From a virus (taxonomy: Duplodnaviria > Caudoviricetes): a stretch of DNA of 57,279 nt. Each line of letters begins with the position of its first letter. The stretch's first letter is position 1. Positions 39,946 to 49,045 of this stretch are shown piece after piece. The stretch is taken from positions 1-57,279 of IMG/VR virus record IMGVR_UViG_3300021963_006667, one strand, 5' to 3'. A program made the translations under genes and the position numbers. Under the pieces are notes generated by a model, which saw nothing but the letters and a program-made list of their open reading frames with translations, was not told the DNA's origin and did no database searches.

Positions 39946-40437
39946 ATGCAACAGAACTTTCTTTCACCGGCAGGGTTTAGATTCTCCATCAAGAGACTGC
40001 CAAACGTTTCGTTCTTCATTCAGGCAGCAACCATTCCTGGAATCACGATGAATGCCATCGAGTATCCTACCCCATTTAAGACCCTAGAGTTTGCATCAAG
40101 CAAACTTAACTTTGAGCAGTTCACCGTTAATATCCGTGTGGACGAATACATGGACAGTTACAACGAGATCTTTAACTGGATGGTAGGTTTGGCTCCAACT
40201 AAGTCTTTCGATCAATACACTACTTTGAAGAACAGCGATGCGGGTCTATATTCGGACGCTTCATTGATCGTACTCAATAGCAAACAGAACCCTGCACTCG
40301 AGGTAGTGTTCAACGACATTTTCCCGGTTGCACTCGGTAGTATTGCCCTAGATACCACACAGTCGACCATAAACTACGTCTCGTGTGACGTCACCTTTGG
40401 ACACAACGGATACAAGATTAATCGCATAAACGGTTGA
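39946..40437 (+). CDS. gp3: Tail completion/tube terminator protein gp3
   Basis: NFLSPAGFRF.IKRLP.V.FF.Q...IPGI, Y.EIFNWM and SDASLIVLNS motifs; position after gp23. Confidence 0.85.
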   Translation: MQQNFLSPAGFRFSIKRLPNVSFFIQAATIPGITMNAIEYPTPFKTLEFASSKLNFEQFTVNIRVDEYMDSYNEIFNWMVGLAPTKSFDQYTTLKNSDAGLYSDASLIVLNSKQNPALEVVFNDIFPVALGSIALDTTQSTINYVSCDVTFGHNGYKINRING

Positions 40438-40462
40438 CATTTTCCGCGAGTTGTAGTACTGT
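40434..40462 (+). promoter_or_regulatory. Sigma70-type promoter for uvsY (TTGACA-17-TACTGT)
   Basis: Perfect -35 with 17 bp spacing and a partial -10. Confidence 0.55.
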
Positions 40463-40482
40463 AGTATGTCAACCATCGGAGA

Positions 40483-40923
40483 GTGATTATGGATATTGAA
40501 GCGATCTACAGTGAATGGGCCAAAGATGGCGAGATCGACCAGACAAATGTGTCTCGAGCAGTCACAGACATCCCAAAACTGCACAATAAATACTTCAAGT
40601 TGTACGTAGATGAAGGCCTCAAGTTGAAGAAGCTTAAGGCAGAGTACAAGATTCTTTGGAAACTCAAGGGCGAATACTATCGCGGTGAGTTAGACGAAGA
40701 GGAACTCAAGCAAAACGGATGGAAGCCTCAGGCCCTACGTATCCTTAAGGCAGACGTTCCATCATACCTAGAGGCAGATCCAGAGGTGGTTAAGAAGTCT
40801 CTGTTGATCGGTCTTCAAGAAGAAAAAGTCGCATATTTAGAATCAATCGTTAAACATATTAGTAATAGGAATTTCCTCCTGAAAACGATCGTTGATTGGG
40901 AGAAATTTAGAACAGGCGCATAA
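40483..40923 (+). CDS. uvsY: Recombination mediator UvsY
   Basis: W.KD..ID, IPKLH.KY, EYY.G and IKxxxDWEKF..G-like motifs; directly before uvsW. Confidence 0.9.
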   Translation: MIMDIEAIYSEWAKDGEIDQTNVSRAVTDIPKLHNKYFKLYVDEGLKLKKLKAEYKILWKLKGEYYRGELDEEELKQNGWKPQALRILKADVPSYLEADPEVVKKSLLIGLQEEKVAYLESIVKHISNRNFLLKTIVDWEKFRTGA

Positions 40924-42380
40924 TGGATTTAGTACACGTTGAGAAAGTCAATGAAGTATTTGTGAGAGTCGTGGCTGAACCATCGATCAAGATGGAAATG
41001 TCAGAATACTTCACGTTTGAAGTTCCAGGGGCAAAGTTCATGCCCGCAGTCAGAAATAAAGTTTGGGACGGCAAAGTAAGACTTCTCAACACGATGACCG
41101 GTTATATCTACCACGGTCTAGTTGCTCATATCCAAAGGTTTTGTGAGAAAAACGGCTACGAGTGTACACTTGATAAGTCGATAGTGAACACCGAGATCGT
41201 TCCAGATAACTATGCAGAAGAGATCGCTAAAGAGGTTGAGGCAGCCTTCGAAGTTCGCGACTATCAGGGAGAGGCGGTAAACCACGCTATACGCAACAAC
41301 CGCGCGTTGTTCCTTTCACCTACCGCATCTGGCAAGTCCTTCATCATATTCCTGATCATGTGCCATTACCTGATGCTCGATAAGAACATCTTGATCGTGG
41401 TTCCTACCACGTCTCTTGTCGACCAGATGGCTTCCGACTTTGTTGAATACAACAAGGGGCGCAAGATGGACATCCATAAGATCCGCGGTGGCATGGAAAA
41501 AATATCCGAAGCCAGAATCACGATCACGACTTGGCAGTCCATCTACAAGATGAAGAAAGAGTTCTTCGAGAAGTTTGATGTAGTCTTCGGTGATGAAGCA
41601 CACAACTTCAAAGCTAAGTCTCTCACATCTATCCTCGAGAAGATGCCGCATGTCAAGTATCGATTCGGTCTTACAGGTACGCTCGACGGAACTCTGACCA
41701 ACAAGCTGGTACTCGAAGGACTTTTCGGACCCGTTTATCAGGTTATCAAGACGAAGAAACTGATCGATGATAAGGTCCTTGCCGCGTTCGACATCAAGGC
41801 CATTGTTCTGAAGTACTCTGACGAGACCAGAAAGGCGAACAAGGGTAAGACCTATCAGGAGGAGATCGACTGGATCGTTCGTAACCAAGCTCGTAACACA
41901 TATATCAGGAACCTTGCGTGGAACCTGAAAGGCAACACCCTCATACTCTTCCAATACGTCGATAAGCACGGTCAGGTTCTTTACGACATGCTGAACAAGT
42001 CTGAGGAACATGCTGTACATTTCGTCCACGGGGGCGTGGGTACGGACGAGCGTGAGGCCATACGCCTGGACGTACGTAAGACGAGAGGCAACATCATTTG
42101 CGCCTCATACGGTACGTTTAGTACAGGTATAAATATTCCAGAGTTGGACAACCTAATATTTGCTTCTCCCTCAAAGGGTCGCATCAGAAACCTACAGTCC
42201 ATCGGACGCGTCTTACGCAAGGGTAACGACAAAACTTCTGCAACTCTATATGACATAGCCGATGACCTTCAATGGAAAAATACTCAGAACTTTGCTGTAA
42301 GGCACTTCGTGGAAAGAGTGAAGATCTACACTGATGAAGGATTCGACTTTAAGATTTACAACGTAGATGTAAAGGGATGA
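40923..42380 (+). CDS. uvsW: SF2 DNA helicase UvsW
   Basis: RDYQ, SPTASGKS, DEAH, GLTGT and QSIGRVLR motifs. Confidence 0.95.
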   Translation: MDLVHVEKVNEVFVRVVAEPSIKMEMSEYFTFEVPGAKFMPAVRNKVWDGKVRLLNTMTGYIYHGLVAHIQRFCEKNGYECTLDKSIVNTEIVPDNYAEEIAKEVEAAFEVRDYQGEAVNHAIRNNRALFLSPTASGKSFIIFLIMCHYLMLDKNILIVVPTTSLVDQMASDFVEYNKGRKMDIHKIRGGMEKISEARITITTWQSIYKMKKEFFEKFDVVFGDEAHNFKAKSLTSILEKMPHVKYRFGLTGTLDGTLTNKLVLEGLFGPVYQVIKTKKLIDDKVLAAFDIKAIVLKYSDETRKANKGKTYQEEIDWIVRNQARNTYIRNLAWNLKGNTLILFQYVDKHGQVLYDMLNKSEEHAVHFVHGGVGTDEREAIRLDVRKTRGNIICASYGTFSTGINIPELDNLIFASPSKGRIRNLQSIGRVLRKGNDKTSATLYDIADDLQWKNTQNFAVRHFVERVKIYTDEGFDFKIYNVDVKG

Positions 42381-42383
42381 CGA

Positions 42384-42734
42384 ATGCAACTGATCCATAT
42401 CAAGATGAAGAACGGTGAAGATCTGTTAGGCTACTTGGTATCTTCTACAGACCATCATATTGAGATAAACACTCCTATAGCTGTCGACATCGAACCGTCA
42501 CTCGGGTTCTTCGCAAAGTCATGGTTGATGCTGTCAGAGGACAACTCCGTAAGACTTTCAAAGGAAGACTACATGTTCTGGTCTAAAGCCAACAAGAGGG
42601 CTACAGAGTACTATGACGAGTTCATGCACCGTCTGGCCGACAAACCTGACGACCGCACAGAGTCAGAGTATACGAACGACCTTGAAGAGGTTTTTTCGGC
42701 ACTGATGGAATCGAAAGCATCTATCAAACACTAA
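42384..42734 (+). CDS. Conserved T4-like hypothetical protein (Sm-like pattern)
   Basis: IKMKNGEDLLG...INTPI pattern; its usual position between uvsW and gp55. A TATAAATA at 42128-42135 may drive it. Confidence 0.65.
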   Translation: MQLIHIKMKNGEDLLGYLVSSTDHHIEINTPIAVDIEPSLGFFAKSWLMLSEDNSVRLSKEDYMFWSKANKRATEYYDEFMHRLADKPDDRTESEYTNDLEEVFSALMESKASIKH

Positions 42735-42757
42735 CCATATTCAAAGACCATATATGG

Positions 42758-42785
42758 ATTATACCTACTTAAGTTCAAGTGTCAA
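42758..42785 (-). promoter_or_regulatory. Minus-strand sigma70-type promoter (TTGACA-16-TATAAT) with no matching gene
   Basis: On the plus strand, ATTATA lies at 42758-42763 and TGTCAA at 42780-42785. Confidence 0.55.
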
Positions 42786-42810
42786 CAGAAAAGTGCGCTT
42801 GAATAAGTAG

Positions 42811-42839
42811 TTGACATTATTGCATTATAGTGTTATACT
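42811..42839 (+). promoter_or_regulatory. Sigma70-type promoter for gp55 (TTGACA-17-TATACT, extended -10 TG)
   Basis: Near-consensus hexamers with ideal spacing, upstream of the AAGGAGG RBS. Confidence 0.85.
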
Positions 42840-42865
42840 AACAGAAACACATAAAAGGAGGGAGC

Positions 42866-43450
42866 ATGGCCCTTACGAAAAAGAAGCCACGGAACTACGT
42901 GAACAACGCAGAGTTCCTTGCAGCGATGGTTGTATACAAGAAGGCGGTCCGAGAGGCCGAGGACTGTGGAGAACCACCACCACGAATTCCTAACTACATC
43001 GGCGTCTGTCTCTATGATATAGCTAACCGTTTGGCGTACAAACCAAACTTCATCAACTACACGTACAGAGATGATATGGTAGCGGATGGGTTGGAGAACG
43101 CCATCATGTGCATCAACAACTTTGATCCGGCTAAGTCCAGCAACCCGTTTGCGTACTTCACGCAGGTGGTATGGTTCGCTTTCATCCGTCGCATCCAGAA
43201 GGAGAAGAAGCAGACATATATCCGTCACAAGGTGCTCGAAAACGCCATGTTGACTGACACCGCCTTTCAACATGATGATAATAGTGACTTCGGTAGTTCT
43301 TCGATGAAAGAACTTACGAACGACTACATCAACGACTTCGTCGAAAAGTACGAGGCGAAGATGGAGACGAAGAAGAAGGTCGTGAAGAAGAAAAAGGGAC
43401 TCGAGGAGTTCTACGTCGAGGTTCCGGAAGATCTGGAGAACGATGATTGA
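42866..43450 (+). CDS. gp55: Late-transcription sigma factor gp55
   Basis: NYVNNAEFL, PNFINYTYRDDMVADG and NFDP.KS.NPFAYFTQ motifs. Confidence 0.96.
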   Translation: MALTKKKPRNYVNNAEFLAAMVVYKKAVREAEDCGEPPPRIPNYIGVCLYDIANRLAYKPNFINYTYRDDMVADGLENAIMCINNFDPAKSSNPFAYFTQVVWFAFIRRIQKEKKQTYIRHKVLENAMLTDTAFQHDDNSDFGSSSMKELTNDYINDFVEKYEAKMETKKKVVKKKKGLEEFYVEVPEDLENDD

Positions 43451-44508
43451 AAGTAGCAGTGATTACAGACCAACACTTCGGTGTCAGAGGCGACAGTAAC
43501 CTGTTCCTTGACTACTATGAGAAGTTCTATCGTGACGTGTTCTTTCCTACCCTTGACGCCAAGGACATCAAGGTCGTTCTCGACCTAGGCGATACGTTTG
43601 ACCGCAGGAAGTACATCAACTATCTGACCCTGCGTCGTGCTAAAGAGATGTACTTCGACGAGTTGCAGCGAAGAGGGATCACGGTCTACTCCATCGTTGG
43701 TAACCACACAACATATTTCAAAAACACAAACGAGACCAACTCGATGGAACTCCTCTTGAAGGAGTATCCAAACTATAAGGTGTACATCGACGAACCCGTC
43801 ACCATCACACTCGGTAGTTGTGACGTCATGCTTTCGCCTTGGTTATGTCCGAGTAACTTTGAAGCCTCATTCAAAGCTTTCAAGGAAACGTCGGCTAAGA
43901 TCGTGATGGGACACTTTGAGTTTGCAGGGTTTGAGGTGATGAAGGGTCAACTTCAAGATCACGGCCTTGAGACGACTGACTTCAAGAAGTTTTCGGCCGT
44001 GTATTCTGGCCATTACCACCACCCGTCGTCTCACGAGAACATCACCTATCTCGGTGCACCTTACGAGATGACTTGGACCGATTATGACGGAAAGCGGGGG
44101 TTTCACCTGTTCGACACCGAGACGTTGGACATGGAGTTTATCAAGAACCCGTACAGCATCTTCCATAAGATCACGTACGACGACGTCGACATGACGCTCG
44201 AAGACATCAATGAACTCGACGTTTCGATGTTGACATCCACGTACGTTAAGGTTATAGTGAAGAACAAAAATAATCCTTACACATTTGACATGTTTATTGA
44301 CAAGCTTCAGTCTTCCGGCTGTGCGGACATTAAGGTCGTTGAAGACCACCTGAACTTCGAGTCCCTGAATAGTGATGAGTTGATCGATGAGGCACAGGAC
44401 ACCATGTCCCTGCTAAGTAACTATGTCGATAGCATGGAAATCAAAGCAAACAAAGAAAAGGTTACGGGTTTCCTCAGGGACCTGTACCAGGAGGCTATGA
44501 GTCTATGA
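43447..44508 (+). CDS. gp47: Recombination endonuclease subunit gp47 (Mre11/SbcD-like)
   Basis: TDQHFG, LGDTFD, GNH and SGHYH metallophosphoesterase motifs. Confidence 0.95.
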   Translation: MKVAVITDQHFGVRGDSNLFLDYYEKFYRDVFFPTLDAKDIKVVLDLGDTFDRRKYINYLTLRRAKEMYFDELQRRGITVYSIVGNHTTYFKNTNETNSMELLLKEYPNYKVYIDEPVTITLGSCDVMLSPWLCPSNFEASFKAFKETSAKIVMGHFEFAGFEVMKGQLQDHGLETTDFKKFSAVYSGHYHHPSSHENITYLGAPYEMTWTDYDGKRGFHLFDTETLDMEFIKNPYSIFHKITYDDVDMTLEDINELDVSMLTSTYVKVIVKNKNNPYTFDMFIDKLQSSGCADIKVVEDHLNFESLNSDELIDEAQDTMSLLSNYVDSMEIKANKEKVTGFLRDLYQEAMSL

Positions 44509-44663
44509 AGACAAAGATCGTTGAGCGAAAGCTTGAGGATGGGTCGACAGAATACGGCGTACAATACCACGACGGTCACATCAAGTGGTTCGCTTCACTG
44601 CCACATGCTCAATACGCGTATGGAAAGAATCTTTACAAGAAAAAGCATAAGGTTACTGCATGA
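44505..44663 (+). CDS. Small hypothetical protein (52 aa, MKTKIVERKLEDG...)
   Basis: Read manually; below the ORF-track cutoff. ATGA overlap with the gp47 stop and a GGAGG RBS upstream. Confidence 0.6.
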   Translation: MKTKIVERKLEDGSTEYGVQYHDGHIKWFASLPHAQYAYGKNLYKKKHKVTA

Positions 44664-44704
44664 TATTTTTTACTGAAGTTCGTTACAAATCTCCAAGTGT
44701 ATAA
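44660..44704 (+). pseudogene. Remnant duplicate of the gp46 N-terminus (MIFFTEVRYKSPSV*)
   Basis: ATGATATTTTTTACTGAAGTTCGTTAC matches the gp46 start ATGCTATTTTTTACTGAAGTGAGATAC (MLFFTEVRYRN). Confidence 0.8.
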
Positions 44705-44707
44705 ATA
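44700..44707 (+). promoter_or_regulatory. Late promoter TATAAATA for the HNH endonuclease
   Basis: Exact consensus ending 19 nt before the ATG, with an AGGAGG RBS. Confidence 0.8.
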
Positions 44708-44726
44708 CTTCTAACAGGAGGTATTT

Positions 44727-45353
44727 ATGGTATTACTAGATGAAGACGTTGTTAGAACTATGCATTTGCGCGTAAAAGATGTAGCTGATCAATACAAGGT
44801 AAGTGTTGCTACCGTTAATAGGGCAAGGAAGAGGCTGAACTTAAAACCTACAGCGTTCGGTAGAGGTAGACCTAAAACTAACTTTATGGTGGAAAAACCA
44901 TGTCCAAGTTGTAATACTCTATTTACAGCTTGGTCCAAATACTGTAGTGTTTCATGCTATATAAAAGACAGGCCCAAACCTTCTGAAAGTGCATCAAAGA
45001 AAATTTCAGAAAAGGCAAAATTAAGATGGCAGTCTCCAACGGATGATATGTTGCGTGGCATCGAAAAGAGAAAACTTGAAGATCTATCTGAATATAAACA
45101 TTACAGAAATAGACTAAAGACCTTAACTGAAAAAACATATTTGGAGAACGTGGATACTATTAATCCAAATAACTATAAACGAGGAATTGCTGGAATAGAT
45201 GGCCACTACCATTTGGATCATATAATACCAGCTAGGTTTGGGTTTGAGAATAACATTCCGGTAGAGGATCTTTCACGAAAAGAAAACCTACAGATGTTAC
45301 CATGGAGAGAGAATATTGTTAAAGGTAGGACGCACAATAGTGAAGTGGAATAA
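44727..45353 (+). mobile_element. Free-standing HNH homing endonuclease gene
   Basis: N-terminal HTH-like segment, CPSC...YCSVSC zinc motif, HLDHIIP...NLQMLPWREN HNH motif; visibly more AT-rich than its neighbours. Confidence 0.85.
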
Positions 45354-45355
45354 TA

Positions 45356-47065
45356 ATGCTATTTTTTACTGAAGTGAGATACCGTAATATCCTTTCGACG
45401 GGTAACACTTGGAACGTAATCAACTTGAGTCGCAATAAATCTACGTTGATTGTTGGCGAGAATGGTGCTGGAAAGTCGACCATTCTCGACGCAATCTCTT
45501 TTGCTTTGTACGGTAAAGCTTTTCGTAAGATCAACAAGCCTCAGTTGATGAACTCCATCAACCAACGTGACATGATGGTCGAGGTCTCATTCACCTCGAA
45601 CGGTTCTGACTACGTTATCAAACGTGGAATGAAGCCGAACATCTTTGAGATTTGGAAAGGCAGTGAGTTACTCAACCAAGATGCCTCGTCTAGAGACTAT
45701 CAGGCGTATCTCGAAGAGAACATCTTGAAGATGAACTACAAGTCCTTCGGTCAGGTAGTCGTACTCGGAAGCTCAACGTTTGTTCCGTTCATGCAACTTC
45801 CGGCTCAACATCGTCGTGAGGTGATTGAAGACCTACTCGACATCCAGATCTTTAGTACGATGAACAACCTCTTGAAGGAGAAGGTGTCGACAAACAAGAC
45901 AGACACGGTCGAGATTAAGTACCAGATCGAGATGATCAAGAACAAGATCCAGGCCGCAGAGGAACACAACGAGTCTATCCGAAAACTTAAGGAGGATGAG
46001 GTCCTTCGCGTTAAGGAAAAGATGCGTGAGAAGATCGCCCTCATCGAGAGTGAGGAGAAGTTTGCCGATGCTCTTGACGAACAGATCGCTGAGACGATAG
46101 GTACCATCTCCGACAAGCAGGGATGTAAGACCAAGATCGAAAAGTTTAAGTCCATCAAGAGTGAACTCGATACGAAACTGGCCACACTGTATAAGGAAGT
46201 GAAGTTCTATGATGCGCATGACAATTGTCCAACGTGTAAACAGGGTATTGAGCATGACTTTAAGCAATCAACAGTCGGCGAAAAGTCTAACAAAATTTCT
46301 GAGATTGAAAACGCCTTACATGCGCTTGGTGAAAAGATCGGGACTGTCGAGTCACGGCTCGAAGAAATTTCCACCGTTGAGTCAACTCTACATTCACTCA
46401 GTCTTTCTCGCAATGATCATTCCGCCAACATACGAATCGCCAAGTCGGCGCTTGTTGGACTTAAAAAGGAACTTGACGACGCTGAAAAATTTGCATCTGA
46501 AATCGACACCGCAAAGATCGACTCCTATCAAGAAGAACACAGAGCACACATCGAGCGTCAAAAGAAACTCCACGAGGATAAGGAAACCCTCGCGATAGTC
46601 GGATCCATGCTGAAGGATGGTGGGATCAAAACCCGCATCATCAAACAGTACGTTCCGATCATGAATAAATTGATAAATAAATATCTCGCGGCTATGGACT
46701 TCTTCGTTGACTTCCAACTCGACGAAAGCTTCAACGAAAAGATCCTGAGTCGTTTCCGTGACGAGTTCTCTTACTCGTCCTTCTCTGAAGGCGAGAAGCT
46801 TCGTATCGACTTGGCCCTTATGTTCACATGGAGAGCGGTGTCAAAGCTTCGCAACTCCGTAACGACAAACCTTCTGATCATGGACGAGGTTCTTGACGGA
46901 TCGCTCGATCAGGCCGGTACAGACGAGTTCTTGAAGATCATCAACGAGTTAACCGGAGACTCAAACGTGTTCATCATCAGCCATAAGGGTGACTCGTTAC
47001 ATGATAAGTTTGACCATGTGATTAAATTTGAGAAGGTGAAAAACTTTAGTCGAATGGCAGCATAA
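45356..47065 (+). CDS. gp46: Recombination ATPase subunit gp46 (Rad50/SbcC-like)
   Basis: GENGAGKST, CPTC zinc hook, FSEGEK signature, MDEVLD and ISH motifs. Confidence 0.96.
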   Translation: MLFFTEVRYRNILSTGNTWNVINLSRNKSTLIVGENGAGKSTILDAISFALYGKAFRKINKPQLMNSINQRDMMVEVSFTSNGSDYVIKRGMKPNIFEIWKGSELLNQDASSRDYQAYLEENILKMNYKSFGQVVVLGSSTFVPFMQLPAQHRREVIEDLLDIQIFSTMNNLLKEKVSTNKTDTVEIKYQIEMIKNKIQAAEEHNESIRKLKEDEVLRVKEKMREKIALIESEEKFADALDEQIAETIGTISDKQGCKTKIEKFKSIKSELDTKLATLYKEVKFYDAHDNCPTCKQGIEHDFKQSTVGEKSNKISEIENALHALGEKIGTVESRLEEISTVESTLHSLSLSRNDHSANIRIAKSALVGLKKELDDAEKFASEIDTAKIDSYQEEHRAHIERQKKLHEDKETLAIVGSMLKDGGIKTRIIKQYVPIMNKLINKYLAAMDFFVDFQLDESFNEKILSRFRDEFSYSSFSEGEKLRIDLALMFTWRAVSKLRNSVTTNLLIMDEVLDGSLDQAGTDEFLKIINELTGDSNVFIISHKGDSLHDKFDHVIKFEKVKNFSRMAA

Positions 47066-47074
47066 GGAGAAACT

Positions 47075-47290
47075 ATGAGCAAATGGAACATTGACGCATC
47101 TGACGATACTTTCATGAGACCGCAGATGTACAAACACAAGAAGACTGGAGGTCTTTACACGATCCTTCATGAAGGACTTGAAGTGACCGGAGACGAAGGG
47201 GTTCCTTCGATAGTATACTGTAACGGTAGCGGTAAAGTTTTCATTCAGGCTAAGTCAAGATTCGAAGACGGGAGATTTGAAAAACTATGA
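47075..47290 (+). CDS. Small protein, DUF1653-like
   Basis: YKHKKTGGLY....VY.....F......F.DGRF pattern. Confidence 0.55.
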   Translation: MSKWNIDASDDTFMRPQMYKHKKTGGLYTILHEGLEVTGDEGVPSIVYCNGSGKVFIQAKSRFEDGRFEKL

Positions 47291-47442
47291 CACTAGATGC
47301 AATCCAAGATATGATCAAAAACATAAGCGACCGAATCCACGTCTTAGAGTCTGAGCGTGTCGCTGAAAAATACATTCAGCCGCTGTACCAGGAACGATCG
47401 AAACTATTGAAGATGGTTACCTCTGCGGAAGGCGCACGATGA
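47287..47442 (+). CDS. Small hypothetical protein (51 aa, MTLDAIQDMIK...)
   Basis: Read manually; ATGA overlaps at both ends fill the gap exactly. Confidence 0.6.
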   Translation: MTLDAIQDMIKNISDRIHVLESERVAEKYIQPLYQERSKLLKMVTSAEGAR

Positions 47443-47876
47443 GGGTCGGGTTTACCTGTTCTACATTTGATCTACTTCACGCTGGCCACATAGCCATGCT
47501 TCGTGAAGCAAAGGATCAATGTGACTATCTTATCTGTGGCTTGCAGGTAGACCCGTCGATAGATCGTAAGGAAAAGAACAAACCAGTACAGACGTTGGTG
47601 GAAAGATTCGTTCAACTTTCAGCAGTCAAGTATGTCGATGAGATCGTTCCTTACGTCACAGAAGAAGATTTGGTTGACATTCTTGGAATGTATGATATAA
47701 CGGTAAGGATACTCGGTGATGAATACAAGGATCGTGACTTCACCGGTAAAGACATATGTCAAAAACGTGGCATAGACCTATACTTCAACAAGCGAGACCA
47801 TCGCTTCAGTAGCTCAGGTCTACGCAAACGTGTATATGAACTCGAGAACAAATTCAAAGGTATTGAAGGGGATTAA
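47439..47876 (+). CDS. Cytidylyltransferase (TagD/glycerol-3-phosphate cytidylyltransferase-like)
   Basis: TFDLLHAGH (HxGH), KYVDEI and R.H.FSSS motifs. Confidence 0.88.
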   Translation: MRVGFTCSTFDLLHAGHIAMLREAKDQCDYLICGLQVDPSIDRKEKNKPVQTLVERFVQLSAVKYVDEIVPYVTEEDLVDILGMYDITVRILGDEYKDRDFTGKDICQKRGIDLYFNKRDHRFSSSGLRKRVYELENKFKGIEGD

Positions 47877-47878
47877 TC

Positions 47879-48295
47879 ATGAGCACTAACTGGGTACAAG
47901 ACATCAGTGATATGCATGCTAAGTTCGGTGTCCACAAGTGGGTGGCCGAAAAGATCGCTAAGAACGACTATGAGTCGTTGCGTACGTTCATGCAGTTTCG
48001 TATCGACTTCCTGAAGGAAGAGTTGACTGAAACTACCAACGCGTTTGAGGCTTCAGACGCCGAAGAGATCATCGATGGTTTGATCGACCTGTGCGTCGTT
48101 GCAATCGGTACGTTGGACGCTTTCGGTGTAGATGCACATAAGGCGTGGGACGCGGTTCATGAGGCAAACATGTCGAAGGAACCAGGCGTAAAGCCTTCTC
48201 GTCCGAACCCGCTCGGTCTTCCCGATCTGATCAAGCCTGAAGGTTGGACCGCTCCTTCGCACAAAGGTAATCACGCAATCGTGGAAATTATTTGA
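47879..48295 (+). CDS. MazG-like/PRA-PH nucleoside triphosphate pyrophosphohydrolase
   Basis: FLKEELTE...EIIDGLIDL...VHEANMSK...KPEGW motifs. Confidence 0.85.
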   Translation: MSTNWVQDISDMHAKFGVHKWVAEKIAKNDYESLRTFMQFRIDFLKEELTETTNAFEASDAEEIIDGLIDLCVVAIGTLDAFGVDAHKAWDAVHEANMSKEPGVKPSRPNPLGLPDLIKPEGWTAPSHKGNHAIVEII

Positions 48296-48314
48296 AAAAA
48301 GTGCACTTTTGCTG

Positions 48315-48343
48315 TGTACAACACCTATGCGTCTGTGTATAAC
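48315..48343 (+). promoter_or_regulatory. Probable early promoter (TGTACA-17-TATAAC) with an upstream AAAAGTGCACTTTT palindrome
   Basis: Intergenic, with 17 bp spacing and an A/T-rich upstream element. Confidence 0.55.
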
Positions 48344-48377
48344 AGAATAGTAAGACAAAACAAAGCAAGGTGTGAAG

Positions 48378-48737
48378 ATGAACAAGATCGCAAAATTCGA
48401 CCGTGACTCTCTGAAGATGCTTCGTGCAGAAATGCAGTCTCTGCTGACCAAATACGGTGTCGACATGAACCTCGAGTTCAACGTCGGTAACATGAAGTTC
48501 AGCGAAGCAGAAGTTGAGATCAAAGTCTCTGCGAAAATCGCCGGTGCAAAGACCTTCAGCAACGTGATCCTTGAGTCGCGTGTCGCTGCTCTCGGTCTGA
48601 AGATGAAGAACGCTCTCGGTGACGAACTTGTCGACTACAACTCGAAAGCCTACAAGATGCCGTTCGTCTACATCAACGCTCGTGACGGTAAGCGTTACAA
48701 GTGTGACGAGCGCACCGCGAAGCTGCGGTTTGCATAA
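48378..48737 (+). CDS. Hypothetical protein (probable early gene)
   Basis: Has its own promoter and terminator; codons are strongly biased to C/G endings. Confidence 0.7.
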   Translation: MNKIAKFDRDSLKMLRAEMQSLLTKYGVDMNLEFNVGNMKFSEAEVEIKVSAKIAGAKTFSNVILESRVAALGLKMKNALGDELVDYNSKAYKMPFVYINARDGKRYKCDERTAKLRFA

Positions 48738-48744
48738 TCGAAAG

Positions 48745-48772
48745 AGAGGGGTTGACATTCAGCCCCTCTTTT
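48745..48772 (+). terminator. Rho-independent terminator overlapping a TTGACA -35
   Basis: AGAGGGGTTGA-CAT-TCAGCCCCTCT stem followed by Ts; TTGACA lies at 48752-48757. Confidence 0.75.
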
Positions 48773-48791
48773 ACTATATGTGAGGTATATC

Positions 48792-49037
48792 ATGGCACGC
48801 ACCCCTAACTATCGTTACACCGTTAAGATGCGATACGGTGAACCCATCGGTCCAGATCTATCGATGGTCAACGCACTTCGTAGGTACATCTCGTACCTCA
48901 ATCAACGAAACGGTACTTCTTTGTACGTAAAGCTTCAAGGTCGTGGACCTCGTAAGGTCAACGGTCGAAAGTATTTTCAATCTCTTCCTCTAGAATTTGC
49001 AACAACCGCTGATGTTTATGTGTACGAACGGCATTAA
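48792..49037 (+). CDS. Hypothetical basic protein
   Basis: ATG after GAGG; YVKLQGRGPR...ADVYVYER. Confidence 0.65.
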   Translation: MARTPNYRYTVKMRYGEPIGPDLSMVNALRRYISYLNQRNGTSLYVKLQGRGPRKVNGRKYFQSLPLEFATTADVYVYERH

Positions 49038-49045
49038 GGAGAATT

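Noticed and set aside
44690-45355. Group I intron interrupting gp46
   Set aside because: The HNH ORF and its promoter fill almost the whole insert, leaving no room for a ribozyme core, and the downstream gp46 has its own complete N-terminus.
47674-47701. Internal TTGACA-16-TATAAC promoter inside the cytidylyltransferase gene
   Set aside because: It is plausible, but the spacing and -10 are suboptimal and it lies in coding sequence, so support is too weak to call.
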